Virus record (IMG/VR): IMGVR_UViG_3300031963_000094
Coordinates: 7,933 to 71,932 of that record
Length of the DNA stretch: 64,000 nucleotides
Direction: 5' to 3' (one strand)
From: a virus
Part shown: one piece after another, positions 47,421 to 56,539 of the stretch
How the letters are laid out: the number at the start of each line of letters is the position of its first letter
Position numbering within the stretch: the stretch's first letter is position 1
Position numbers and translations under genes: made by a program
Notes under the pieces: generated by a model
Databases searched by the model: none
Seen by the model: the letters and a program-made list of their open reading frames with translations, nothing else
What the model was told of the DNA's origin: nothing

Positions 47421-49052
47421 ATGGATGACGGGTACCTTGGTAATGCACGGCTCAAACGAGTCGGTGTTGAAATATCCTACACTGAAGAGCAATTAAAAGA
47501 GATTGTAAAATGCACCGAAGATCCGGTGTACTTTATTCGTAACTATGTCAAAATTGTCAACGTAGATAAAGGTCTTGTGCCTTTTGAGATGTGGCCATTT
47601 CAAGAAGACATGGTTCGTACATTTCATGACAATCGTTTTTGTATCGCAAAGATGCCACGACAGGTTGGTAAGACAACTACAACTGTCGGGTATATGCTTT
47701 GGTCAGCATTGTTCAACGAAGAATTCGTAATTGGTATTCTTGCCAACAAACTCCAACTTGCTCAAGACATTCTTGCTAAGATACAAAAAGCCTATGAGTA
47801 TTTACCTTCATGGCTTCAACAAGGTATTATCAACTGGAACAAACGTTCGATTGAATTAGAAAATGGTTCAAAGATTTATGCTTACGCTACATCAGCAGCG
47901 GGTGTTCGTGGTGGTTCATATAATCTAATCTTTCTTGACGAATTTGCTTTTGTGCCACACAACATGGCAGTAGACTTTTTTACTTCTACTTATCCTGTTA
48001 TCTCATCTGGTAAAAGTTCAAAAGTAATTATTGTTTCTACTCCGAACGGTCTGAATCTGTTTTATAAGATGTGGACAGATGCGATTGAAAATCGTTCAAC
48101 ATACAAAACACTTGAGATTCACTGGTCAATGGTGCCAGGTCGTGATGAGAAGTGGAAAGAAGAAACGATACGAAACACTTCTGAAGAACAATTCCGACAA
48201 GAATTTGAGACAGAGTTTATTGGTTCTTCAGCGACACTGATTTCTGGTTCCAAACTCCGTTCATTGGCGTTCTATGACCCAACCCGTATTGAAGATGACG
48301 GCAATCTATTTGTATATGAAGATCCACGCCCAGGACGCATTTACATTGCCACAGTAGACTGTGCTGAGGGCGTAGGTCTAGATTATCATACGATCAATGT
48401 TTTGGATGCTACAGAAGCTCCTTATAAACAAGTCGCACGATATCGGAATAATAAGCTGCCGCTATTGTTCTTTCCAACAGTGGTGTATGCTTTAGCCAAT
48501 CGTTACAACCAGGCTTATGTACTGATTGAAACCAACAATGTTGGTCAGCAAGTCGTAGATATTCTACATTATGATCTGGAATATGAAAACATCTATAAGC
48601 TAGAGCATCATCATATCAAAGGTCAGAGCATTTCTGCTGGCTTTAAACGCTCAGTGGCTTTTGGTGTAAAGACAACCAAATCAGTCAAGAAAATTGGCTG
48701 TGCTAACTTGAAAACGCTGATTGAGAACGACAAACTCATTATCAACGACTTCGATACCATCGCAGAACTGAACACCTTTGTTCGGACAAGAGACACGTAT
48801 GCTGCCGAAGAAGGCAATAACGACGATATTGTAATGGGGCTAGTGCTTTATGCCTGGCTGACGGCACAGACATTCTTCAAAGATGAGACAAGAATCGACA
48901 TCCGCAAGATCATGCTAGAAGAGCAGAACATGTTAGGAGAAGAAAGTATGCTGCCTTTTGGCTTTATTGAAGACGGACTTCGTAGAGAAATGGAAGTGGA
49001 AGATGGGGACATGTGGGAGCCACCAGCTGGCTATTTATCATCAAGTTTGTAA
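47421..49052 (+). CDS. gp17: Terminase large subunit
   Basis: YLGN..LK; Walker A PRQVGKTT; Walker B LIFLDEFAF; STPNG.N.FY; F.QEFE.EF.GS; DD.VM. Confidence 0.97.
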   Translation: MDDGYLGNARLKRVGVEISYTEEQLKEIVKCTEDPVYFIRNYVKIVNVDKGLVPFEMWPFQEDMVRTFHDNRFCIAKMPRQVGKTTTTVGYMLWSALFNEEFVIGILANKLQLAQDILAKIQKAYEYLPSWLQQGIINWNKRSIELENGSKIYAYATSAAGVRGGSYNLIFLDEFAFVPHNMAVDFFTSTYPVISSGKSSKVIIVSTPNGLNLFYKMWTDAIENRSTYKTLEIHWSMVPGRDEKWKEETIRNTSEEQFRQEFETEFIGSSATLISGSKLRSLAFYDPTRIEDDGNLFVYEDPRPGRIYIATVDCAEGVGLDYHTINVLDATEAPYKQVARYRNNKLPLLFFPTVVYALANRYNQAYVLIETNNVGQQVVDILHYDLEYENIYKLEHHHIKGQSISAGFKRSVAFGVKTTKSVKKIGCANLKTLIENDKLIINDFDTIAELNTFVRTRDTYAAEEGNNDDIVMGLVLYAWLTAQTFFKDETRIDIRKIMLEEQNMLGEESMLPFGFIEDGLRREMEVEDGDMWEPPAGYLSSSL

Positions 49053-49055
49053 AAA

Positions 49056-49063
49056 ACTAAATA
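49056..49063 (+). promoter_or_regulatory. Late promoter ACTAAATA for gp18
   Basis: Intergenic, upstream of SD AAGGAG. Confidence 0.65.
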
Positions 49064-49106
49064 GACAATAAAAAGAATATTGACCCAACAATAAAGGAGA
49101 AATCCA

Positions 49107-50795
49107 ATGGCATTACAACTATCACCTGGAGTAAATGTATCAGAGATCGATCTGACTACAGTTATTCCTTCGGTTGCCACTTCTACTGGCGCATTTGTAG
49201 GACCTTTTAATTGGGGACCATGTAGTGTAGTAACATCTATTTCCGATGAGGTTCGTTTGGTGAACACCTTCGGTAAGCCAGACGGCAATAATTATGAATA
49301 TTGGTTCTCCGCAGCAAACTTTTTGGCATACGGCAACAATTTAAAAGTTGTTCGTGCCCTGCCAAGTGGTGCTAATAATGCCACCGCAAATGGTGGTGCT
49401 TTGGTTATTAAAAACGAAGAAGATTGGGATGACAATCATAACGGTTATGCTGATGGTGCATATGGTGGTTGGGCAGCAAAATTTCCTGGAGCATTAGGCA
49501 ACTCACTAAAAGTTTCAATAGCTGATTTAGGAACATTTGCAACATGGCCATACCGTTCACAATTTAATGCAAACACTGGAACATCATCATACGTTGCAAG
49601 TCGTGGTGGTGCAAATGACGAAGTTCATATCGTTGTTGTTGACGAAGATGGTTTGTGGTCAGGCACAGCAGGTACAGTTCTAGAAAAATATGCATTCGTT
49701 TCAAAAGCATCTGATGCTAAAGACGATTCGGGTAATAGCAACTATTATAAAAATGTAGTTTCAAATAAATCACAATATGTTTGGTGGGTTGCTCATCCAG
49801 CAACAGCAAATCTAAGTTCTGGTACTGCGTGGGGTTCTACTGCTAATGCTTCATCATTTAAAACAACAACAGCAAATGTAGAATATTCACTGTCAAACGG
49901 TGCAGATGGCACAGTGGGTTCTTCACAAATTACTACTGGATGGGATTTGTTTAAAAATCCAGAATCAATTGACATTTCGTTGTGTGTTACTGGTTCAGGT
50001 AATAGCACAATTGCTACATACGTTATTAGTAACATTGCTGAATCTCGTAAAGATTGTATGGCATTTATTTCGCCAACCAAAGCAAGTTGTGTAGACAATG
50101 CTGGTAGTGAAGCAAGTGCTATCGCAACATACCGTGATTCATTGACTTCATCTTCGTATGCTGTAATTGATTCCGGTTACAAGTATCAGTATGACAAATA
50201 TAGTGATGTTTATCGTTGGGTTCCACTAAATGGTGACATTGCTGGAACATGTGTTCGTACAGATACCGAACGTGATCCTTGGTTCTCACCTGGTGGTATG
50301 AATCGTGGTGTGATCAAAAATGTCATTAAACTTGCATGGAATCCAACAAAATCAGAACGTGATTCTTTGTATCTAAAAGGAATTAATCCTGTTGTTTCGT
50401 TCCCAGGTGAAGGCACAGTTTTGTTTGGCGATAAAACGATGTTAGCAAAGCCAAGCGCCTTTGATCGCATCAATGTTCGTCGTTTGTTTATTACACTTGA
50501 GAAAGCGATTTCACGTGCGGCTCGTTTCTCTCTGTTCGAATTTAATGATCAGTTTACACGTGCCCAGTTTGTTGCTTTAGTTGAACCATTCTTGCGTGAT
50601 GTACAAGGCCGTCGTGGTATTGTTGATTTCCGTGTAGTCTGTGATGACACAAACAACACCGCAGAGATTATTGATCGCAATGAATTTGTTGGTGACATTT
50701 ACATTAAACCTGCTCGTTCTATCAACTTTATTCAACTTAACTTTGTTGCCGTACGCACAGGTGTAAGTTTCAATGAAGTTGTGGGTGCAGCCTAA
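49107..50795 (+). CDS. gp18: Tail sheath protein
   Basis: SPGV.VSEIDLT; F.WGP; W.P.NGD.AG...RTD....PW.SP.G..RG; FDRINVRRLF; FEFND.FTR; IKPARSINFI.LNFVA. Confidence 0.97.
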   Translation: MALQLSPGVNVSEIDLTTVIPSVATSTGAFVGPFNWGPCSVVTSISDEVRLVNTFGKPDGNNYEYWFSAANFLAYGNNLKVVRALPSGANNATANGGALVIKNEEDWDDNHNGYADGAYGGWAAKFPGALGNSLKVSIADLGTFATWPYRSQFNANTGTSSYVASRGGANDEVHIVVVDEDGLWSGTAGTVLEKYAFVSKASDAKDDSGNSNYYKNVVSNKSQYVWWVAHPATANLSSGTAWGSTANASSFKTTTANVEYSLSNGADGTVGSSQITTGWDLFKNPESIDISLCVTGSGNSTIATYVISNIAESRKDCMAFISPTKASCVDNAGSEASAIATYRDSLTSSSYAVIDSGYKYQYDKYSDVYRWVPLNGDIAGTCVRTDTERDPWFSPGGMNRGVIKNVIKLAWNPTKSERDSLYLKGINPVVSFPGEGTVLFGDKTMLAKPSAFDRINVRRLFITLEKAISRAARFSLFEFNDQFTRAQFVALVEPFLRDVQGRRGIVDFRVVCDDTNNTAEIIDRNEFVGDIYIKPARSINFIQLNFVAVRTGVSFNEVVGAA

Positions 50796-50798
50796 ATA
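50791..50798 (+). promoter_or_regulatory. Late promoter CCTAAATA for gp19
   Basis: Overlaps the gp18 stop; upstream of SD AGGAG. Confidence 0.55.
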
Positions 50799-50821
50799 AA
50801 AGAGAAACAGGAGAATAATAA

Positions 50822-51367
50822 ATGGCATTTAACGTAAATCAGTTCCGTTCACAACTAACAGGTGACGGTGCCCGCCCAAATCTATTTGAGGTAAGTATGC
50901 CGTTTCCTGCGTTCTCAGCACCAGGAAACGCACAAACAAAAATGACGTTCATGTGTAAAACAGCACAACTTCCAGGAGCAACTCTGGGTGTTGTGCCTGT
51001 TCAATACTTTGGTCGTGAATTAAAGTTTGTGGGTAATCGCACATTTGCTGATTGGACAGTAACAATTATCAACGACGAAGATTTTATTGTACGCAATGCA
51101 TTCGAACGTTGGATGAATGGCATCAACAGCCACAATCTAAACGTTCGTAATCCAGTCGCTGGTACACCACTAGGTTATACAACTGATGGTGAAGTTACTC
51201 AGTTTGGAAAAGCAGGTAACTCAATTAAGAAATACAAATTTGTTGGAATGTTCCCATCAGACATCACACCAATTGATGTTGATTGGGGATCAAATGATAC
51301 GATTGAAGAGTTTTCTGTAACACTTACCTACCAGTGGTGGGAAGCAGTTGCAGATGGTGTGGTCTAA
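50822..51367 (+). CDS. gp19: Tail tube protein
   Basis: GARPNLFEV; F.CK.A.LP...LG...V...GR.LK..G.RTF..WT.T..NDEDF..R...E.W; FP..I..I...W...D.IEEF.VT..YQWW. Confidence 0.97.
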   Translation: MAFNVNQFRSQLTGDGARPNLFEVSMPFPAFSAPGNAQTKMTFMCKTAQLPGATLGVVPVQYFGRELKFVGNRTFADWTVTIINDEDFIVRNAFERWMNGINSHNLNVRNPVAGTPLGYTTDGEVTQFGKAGNSIKKYKFVGMFPSDITPIDVDWGSNDTIEEFSVTLTYQWWEAVADGVV

Positions 51368-51368
51368 G

Positions 51369-51391
51369 AGTAGGGCTTTTGCCCTACTTTT
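51369..51391 (+). terminator. Rho-independent terminator after gp19
   Basis: agtagggc-tttt-gccctact stem-loop followed by T run. Confidence 0.8.
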
Positions 51392-51409
51392 ATTACAGGA
51401 TGATATTTA

Positions 51410-53077
51410 ATGGCAATTAAACTTTTTGGCTTTACAATAGGCTCAAAGGATGTCGTCAAGGCTGAAAAGCCCGAACAGGCATCCTTTGCTTTGCCTTCCG
51501 CAACCATAGATGATGGTGCTGTTACCGTTACGCAAAATGCGTATTACGGTACATACGTTGATCTTGAAGGTTCTGTTCGCAACGAAATAGAACTTATTAC
51601 ACGTTATCGTGAGATGTCAAATCACCCAGAGTGTCAAATGGCAATTGATGAAATCGTCAATGAAGCCATCACACATGATGATCAAGGTAAGGTTGTTGAC
51701 ATCGTTCTTGACAATCTGAAGCAGCCTGAAACAATCAAGAAGAAAATTATCGAAGAGTTCAACAATGTATTAAAGATGTTGAACTTTAGTAATTTGGCTG
51801 ATGATGTTTTCAAACGTTGGTATATTGATGGTCGTGTTTTTTATCATATCGTAGTTAACGATAAAAATCCTAAAGAAGGTATTCAAGAACTTAGATACAT
51901 TGATCCACGCAAGATTCGTAAAGTGCGTGAGATTAAAAAAGATCGTGATCCAAAAACTGGAGCAATGATCGTCGTATCGGTTGCTGAATACTATGTCTAT
52001 AATGATCGTGGTACCACGACACAGACATTTACATCAAACGTAGGTCAAGGCATTCGTATTGCACCAGACGCTATCATTAATGTGAACTCTGGTTTGATGG
52101 ATGCTAAGAATACATTTGTTATTTCGTATCTACACAAAGCAATCAAGCCACTCAATCAGTTACGTATGATTGAAGATGCGATTGTTATTTACCGTATTTC
52201 AAGAGCGCCAGAACGCCGTATTTTCTACATCGACGTTGGTAACTTGCCACGTGGTAAAGCAGAGCAATATCTGCGTGACATCATGATCAAGTACCGTAAC
52301 AAATTAGTTTACGATGCCAACACAGGTGAGATCCGTGATGAACGTAAGCATATGTCAATGCTTGAAGACTTCTGGCTACCACGCCGTGAAGGTGGTAAAG
52401 GTACAGAAATTACCACACTGCCTGCTGGTCAAAACTTGGGCGAACTAGAAGATGTAAAATATTTCCAAAAGAAACTTTTACAATCTTTAAACGTACCATA
52501 TTCAAGACTTGAATCACAAGAAGGTGGTTTAGCAGGTCTTGGTCGTTCACAAGAAGTTACACGTGATGAACTGAAGTTTGCCAAGTTTGTTGTTCGTCTG
52601 CGTAATAAGTTCTCACAAGTGTTTGATGAAGCACTCAAAGTACAATTGGTACTGAAGGGCATTTGTACACGTGAAGAATGGGATAAGTTCAAAGAAGATG
52701 TTTACTACGACTTCCGTAAAGACAATAACTTTACCGAACTGCGTGAAGCAGAATTGCTACAGAATAGATTACAAATGGTAAGCCTAGTTGATCCATTTGT
52801 TGGTCGTTACTTCTCCAATAATTATGTGATGAATAAGATTCTCATGATGACGGATGAAGAGATTGAAGCAATGCAAGCAGCAATACAAAAAGAAAAAGAC
52901 ACATTGCCCGATGACATGCAAGGTCCCGCATTAGGTGGACCACCACAGGGTGCTGAACCTCAAGCAGAACCAGAAGACAATACGGTAGAAAATACCGAAG
53001 AAGAAGAGTCATTAACACCTGGTTTAGATGACGAAGTAAGTAAATCGGTTGTCAGTATAAATAATAGACGCAGATAA
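51410..53077 (+). CDS. gp20: Portal protein
   Basis: LI..YR.M..HPE...A..EIVNEAI; WY.DGR; SYLHKAIK..NQLRM.ED..VIYR..RAPERRIFYIDVGNLP..KAEQY; EDFWLPRREGG.GTEI.TLP. Confidence 0.97.
   Translation: MAIKLFGFTIGSKDVVKAEKPEQASFALPSATIDDGAVTVTQNAYYGTYVDLEGSVRNEIELITRYREMSNHPECQMAIDEIVNEAITHDDQGKVVDIVLDNLKQPETIKKKIIEEFNNVLKMLNFSNLADDVFKRWYIDGRVFYHIVVNDKNPKEGIQELRYIDPRKIRKVREIKKDRDPKTGAMIVVSVAEYYVYNDRGTTTQTFTSNVGQGIRIAPDAIINVNSGLMDAKNTFVISYLHKAIKPLNQLRMIEDAIVIYRISRAPERRIFYIDVGNLPRGKAEQYLRDIMIKYRNKLVYDANTGEIRDERKHMSMLEDFWLPRREGGKGTEITTLPAGQNLGELEDVKYFQKKLLQSLNVPYSRLESQEGGLAGLGRSQEVTRDELKFAKFVVRLRNKFSQVFDEALKVQLVLKGICTREEWDKFKEDVYYDFRKDNNFTELREAELLQNRLQMVSLVDPFVGRYFSNNYVMNKILMMTDEEIEAMQAAIQKEKDTLPDDMQGPALGGPPQGAEPQAEPEDNTVENTEEEESLTPGLDDEVSKSVVSINNRRR
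53056..53063 (+). promoter_or_regulatory. Late promoter TATAAATA (exact T4 consensus)
   Basis: Within the 3' end of gp20, upstream of the prohead core genes. Confidence 0.7.
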
Positions 53078-53088
53078 GGAAAATTATT

Positions 53089-53289
53089 ATGGAACTAAAA
53101 GATATTATCAATAACATTGCCGCTGGTGATAGCGCAGCAGCAAAAGAAGGTATAGAAAATGTTTTATCCGCAAAAGCGTTCGATGCGCTCCAAGGCCGTA
53201 AGCAAGAAATGGCTACAACTTTATTTGGCGGGAAAGAGCAAGGTGACGAAGAAGTTACCGACAGTGAAGAAGCCGTAGAGCAAGAATGA
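53089..53289 (+). CDS. Small acidic prohead core protein (gp67-like)
   Basis: 66 aa right after portal; II..I..GD...A......L..K...AL..RK...A...F, acidic tail. Confidence 0.65.
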   Translation: MELKDIINNIAAGDSAAAKEGIENVLSAKAFDALQGRKQEMATTLFGGKEQGDEEVTDSEEAVEQE

Positions 53290-53945
53290 AATCACTACTC
53301 GAATTCAAATCTATCGTAGAAGAAGAGAAACAGGACTACTCTAAGTTCGATGCGCTTGTTCGTGCAGGGTTAGCAAACAAAGCACAGTTGGCCCGCATCC
53401 ACAAAATCTTAGACAAGATGGGTGAAGAACGCCCACAGTTCAACAATGCTGATCGTGAGATCATGCGTAATCTTTTTAATCGCATGGTAGATTTAGTTTC
53501 AAGTAAACAGATTTATGGTAAAGCAAGACAAGCAGTCCGTGAAGAAGTAGAACTTAATGAAGCACGTATGGATACACCATTGGTGCCAGATCCACCTGTT
53601 ATATTAGTAATCAAACGTAAAGCGGTAAGATTGTATCCAGACGGCACACGTATTGCTCTGTATTGGAGTGACAAAATAAAACGAGCATTTAGCATTCCTT
53701 ATGGTCCAATGGTTGATGCTCCAGTTCAAGCGGAAGAATACATTAAAGAACTTGCTGAAGCAGAAGAAATAACGCTCAACGATGGCATTACTATTTCTTT
53801 AGACGAAGAAACAAAACAACAAATTATAAACACATACGGTCAGTTAGAAGAAGACAGCAAAGAAATCTTTTGGCAACAACTAACTGAGTCTGTAACAACA
53901 TTCGGAAAACTATATGAATTTTGTAGAACTAATTCTACAGAATAG
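53286..53945 (+). CDS. Hypothetical head-region protein (possible internal/core protein)
   Basis: 219 aa; DPP..L..KRK..R..PDG...ALY.......F..PY; Glu-rich LxE motifs. Confidence 0.55.
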   Translation: MKSLLEFKSIVEEEKQDYSKFDALVRAGLANKAQLARIHKILDKMGEERPQFNNADREIMRNLFNRMVDLVSSKQIYGKARQAVREEVELNEARMDTPLVPDPPVILVIKRKAVRLYPDGTRIALYWSDKIKRAFSIPYGPMVDAPVQAEEYIKELAEAEEITLNDGITISLDEETKQQIINTYGQLEEDSKEIFWQQLTESVTTFGKLYEFCRTNSTE

Positions 53946-54375
53946 ATTAGACGAAGCCAAAGAATTAATCTTTGAGCGTCTGAACGACATTGCTTCTATC
54001 CGTATGGAAGAAGCAAAGCCATATGTCGTTGATGCGATGTTTGAAGAGATTGAAGTTGACGAACAAGTGTTAGAGGAAGCGGCTAAGAAACGCAATCCAA
54101 ACATTCAAAAGATGGGTCGTATTACAAAAGTACGCCGCCGTATTCGTCGCAACAAAAAAGGTAGAATTATCGTACAAAGAAATGTACGCAAATCAGGCAT
54201 CAAAGGTTATAGAATTTCTGGTAGCACGGTTAAACGTATACCTGCAACAGTAAGATTACGTAAAGCACGTTTATTGAAACGTTCTTGGAAGACAACAAGA
54301 AAAAGTAAACTAAGACGTACATTGATGAAAAGAAAAATGTCAATGCGCCGTCGTCAAGCAATGGGACTAAAATAA
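53914..54375 (+). CDS. Prohead core protein, gp68-like (basic C-terminus)
   Basis: Acidic N-terminus then Arg/Lys-rich C-terminus ending KRKMSMRRRQAMGLK, like the T4 gp68 end. Confidence 0.7.
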   Translation: MNFVELILQNRLDEAKELIFERLNDIASIRMEEAKPYVVDAMFEEIEVDEQVLEEAAKKRNPNIQKMGRITKVRRRIRRNKKGRIIVQRNVRKSGIKGYRISGSTVKRIPATVRLRKARLLKRSWKTTRKSKLRRTLMKRKMSMRRRQAMGLK

Positions 54376-54376
54376 A

Positions 54377-54739
54377 ATGCCATTTGAAATTACCAATACA
54401 CTTAGAGGATCGTCAATCGTTCGAGCAGTTGATCCTGGAACATATACTGTCACTCTCAATGATTTAAGAGCAAACGCAACCATCGAGACTGTTACTGCGG
54501 CAGACATTCGTCATGTTAAATGGTCAACAAACGGCAACATTCGTATTGTCCGTAATAGCATTCCATTACTGGCACTGCATAGTGGTGGCAGCATGGACTT
54601 TGATGAGTACGGACATTCAATTGCAAATAATAACACTCAAAGCATCGTAATTGAAATTGTTACTGGCGGTACGGTTGTTCTAGAACTGGCCAAGTATGCA
54701 ACTTACAATGTTGATCCATACACAGGAGTATCAATCTAA
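54377..54739 (+). CDS. Hypothetical protein upstream of prohead protease
   Basis: 120 aa beta-rich ORF, TAATG-coupled to gp21. Confidence 0.6.
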   Translation: MPFEITNTLRGSSIVRAVDPGTYTVTLNDLRANATIETVTAADIRHVKWSTNGNIRIVRNSIPLLALHSGGSMDFDEYGHSIANNNTQSIVIEIVTGGTVVLELAKYATYNVDPYTGVSI

Positions 54740-55389
54740 TGAAACTTATTAAAGAACACATTGAAAATGTAAGATATCTTACCGAAAAAACAGAAGACGG
54801 TAAAAAGAATCTGTACATTGAAGGCATATTTCTAGTTGGCGATGCAGTCAACCGTAACAATCGTATGTACAAAATGGATACACTTCGTAATGAAGTTGAA
54901 CGATATACCGAAGAGTACATCAACACAAATCGTGCGCTTGGTGAACTGGGACATCCAGACACACCATCACTGAATCTAGAACGTGTGTCGCATAAGATTA
55001 CAAGTTTGGTAGAGAACGGTAATACATTTGTCGGTAAAGCACTCATCATGGAAACACCATATGGTTTGATTGCTAAGAATCTTATTGAGTCTGGTGTCGG
55101 TCTTGGTGTTTCATCACGTGCTTTGGGTTCTGTCGTAATGACAAAAGAAGGTTATAATCTAGTACAAGATGACCTGCGTCTTGCAACTGCTGCTGATATT
55201 GTTGCTGACCCTTCTGCTCCAGGTGCTTTTGTTCAAGGTATTATGGAGAACAAAGAATGGATGTTCGTAGAAGGTAAGTTTGTCGAGTCTCATATCGACT
55301 ATGCTAAACAGCAAATTCGCAAAGCATCACGCAGAGACATTGAATCTGTTGGGTTACAGCTTTTCGAAAACTTTCTACGAAAACTTTAA
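54739..55389 (+). CDS. gp21: Prohead protease
   Basis: LYIEGIF......NRN.R.Y; RALGELGHP....NL.RVSH; TP.G; GVSSR..GS; D.VADPSAP.AFV. Confidence 0.96.
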   Translation: MKLIKEHIENVRYLTEKTEDGKKNLYIEGIFLVGDAVNRNNRMYKMDTLRNEVERYTEEYINTNRALGELGHPDTPSLNLERVSHKITSLVENGNTFVGKALIMETPYGLIAKNLIESGVGLGVSSRALGSVVMTKEGYNLVQDDLRLATAADIVADPSAPGAFVQGIMENKEWMFVEGKFVESHIDYAKQQIRKASRRDIESVGLQLFENFLRKL

Positions 55390-55393
55390 AATT

Positions 55394-55401
55394 TATAAAT
55401 A
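55394..55401 (+). promoter_or_regulatory. Late promoter TATAAATA for gp22-gp23
   Basis: Exact T4 consensus, intergenic, upstream of SD AAGGAG. Confidence 0.75.
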
Positions 55402-55423
55402 AGAAATCATAAGGAGATATTCA

Positions 55424-56515
55424 ATGGCAACAAACAAACTCATGGAAGCAGCGGCAGAAATTCTTGCAGGAAGCAAGTCATCTGCTCCTGGTATGCCAAT
55501 GCCTAAACTGCCTTCTGTTACTCCAGGTAACTCTGGAACACCTGAAGACTTGGGCGGTCCTACATATCAAAATAACAAGCCTACTGATGATTCTAACAAA
55601 TTGTCAAACAAAGCTAGTGCTAAGAGTGCTTCAGCACCTACAACTAAGCCATCAGCGGCATCATCCGATGTTCAGCTTGGCGACAAGAATATGAAAGCTG
55701 GTACAGGCGCAGCAATGATGCCTGAACAAGCCGACGAAGAAGAAGAACTGATTGATGACGAAACAGCAATCGAAGAAATGAAAGCACAAATGAAAGAAGA
55801 TGTTGCTTCATTGTTTGCTGATGACAAAAACATTTCTGAAGACTTCAAAGCAAAAGCCGCTACAATCTTTGAAGCACGTGTATTCGACCGTGTTGCTCAG
55901 ATTCAAGAGCAAATGGAAGCAGAATATGCCGGCATGTTGGCTGAAGCCCTTGAAGAAATCAAGTCTGAACTTACAGAAAAAGTAGATGACTACCTGAACT
56001 ACGTAGTAGAGCAGTGGATGGACGAAAACGAAATCGCTATCGAAAGCGGTCTGCGTTCGGAAATCACAGAAGACTTTATTGCTGGTTTGCGTAATCTGTT
56101 TGCCGAAAACTACATCAACGTTCCAGAAGACAAAGTAGAACTAGTCGATGAACTTGCATCTAAGGTCGAAGAACTGGAAGTTAAACTGAATGAAGAAATT
56201 GAAGCAAATATTCAGTATAAAAAACAGCTTACTGAAGCAATCAAAGTACAACTAGTAAATGAAGTTTGCGAAGGTCTCACAGCAACTCAAGTAGAAAAAA
56301 TCAAAGCACTTGCAGAGAGTGTAGAATTCTCCACAGAGGAAGAGTTCGTTGAAAAACTTGAGACAATTCGTGAGAATTACTTTCCATCAGGCATCAAAAA
56401 AGCCGATGTAGCTCAACTTCATGAAGAAGTAGAAGACGATGGTAGCGAAAAGAAAGTAGCCGCTGATCCATATGTCGCTTCGGTTGTTAATGCAATTTCA
56501 AGAACAAAAATTTAA
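55424..56515 (+). CDS. gp22: Prohead scaffolding (core) protein
   Basis: SE.FK.KA.TIFEA; VD.YL.YVVE.W..ENE.A.E.GL..EI.E.F..GL..LF.E.YI.VP; KL....E.YF. Confidence 0.95.
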   Translation: MATNKLMEAAAEILAGSKSSAPGMPMPKLPSVTPGNSGTPEDLGGPTYQNNKPTDDSNKLSNKASAKSASAPTTKPSAASSDVQLGDKNMKAGTGAAMMPEQADEEEELIDDETAIEEMKAQMKEDVASLFADDKNISEDFKAKAATIFEARVFDRVAQIQEQMEAEYAGMLAEALEEIKSELTEKVDDYLNYVVEQWMDENEIAIESGLRSEITEDFIAGLRNLFAENYINVPEDKVELVDELASKVEELEVKLNEEIEANIQYKKQLTEAIKVQLVNEVCEGLTATQVEKIKALAESVEFSTEEEFVEKLETIRENYFPSGIKKADVAQLHEEVEDDGSEKKVAADPYVASVVNAISRTKI

Positions 56516-56518
56516 ATA
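56511..56518 (+). promoter_or_regulatory. Possible late promoter TTTAAATA for gp23
   Basis: TAAATA core overlapping the gp22 stop; SD AAGGAG follows. Confidence 0.45.
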
Positions 56519-56539
56519 ATAAACTAAGGAGATACAAAG

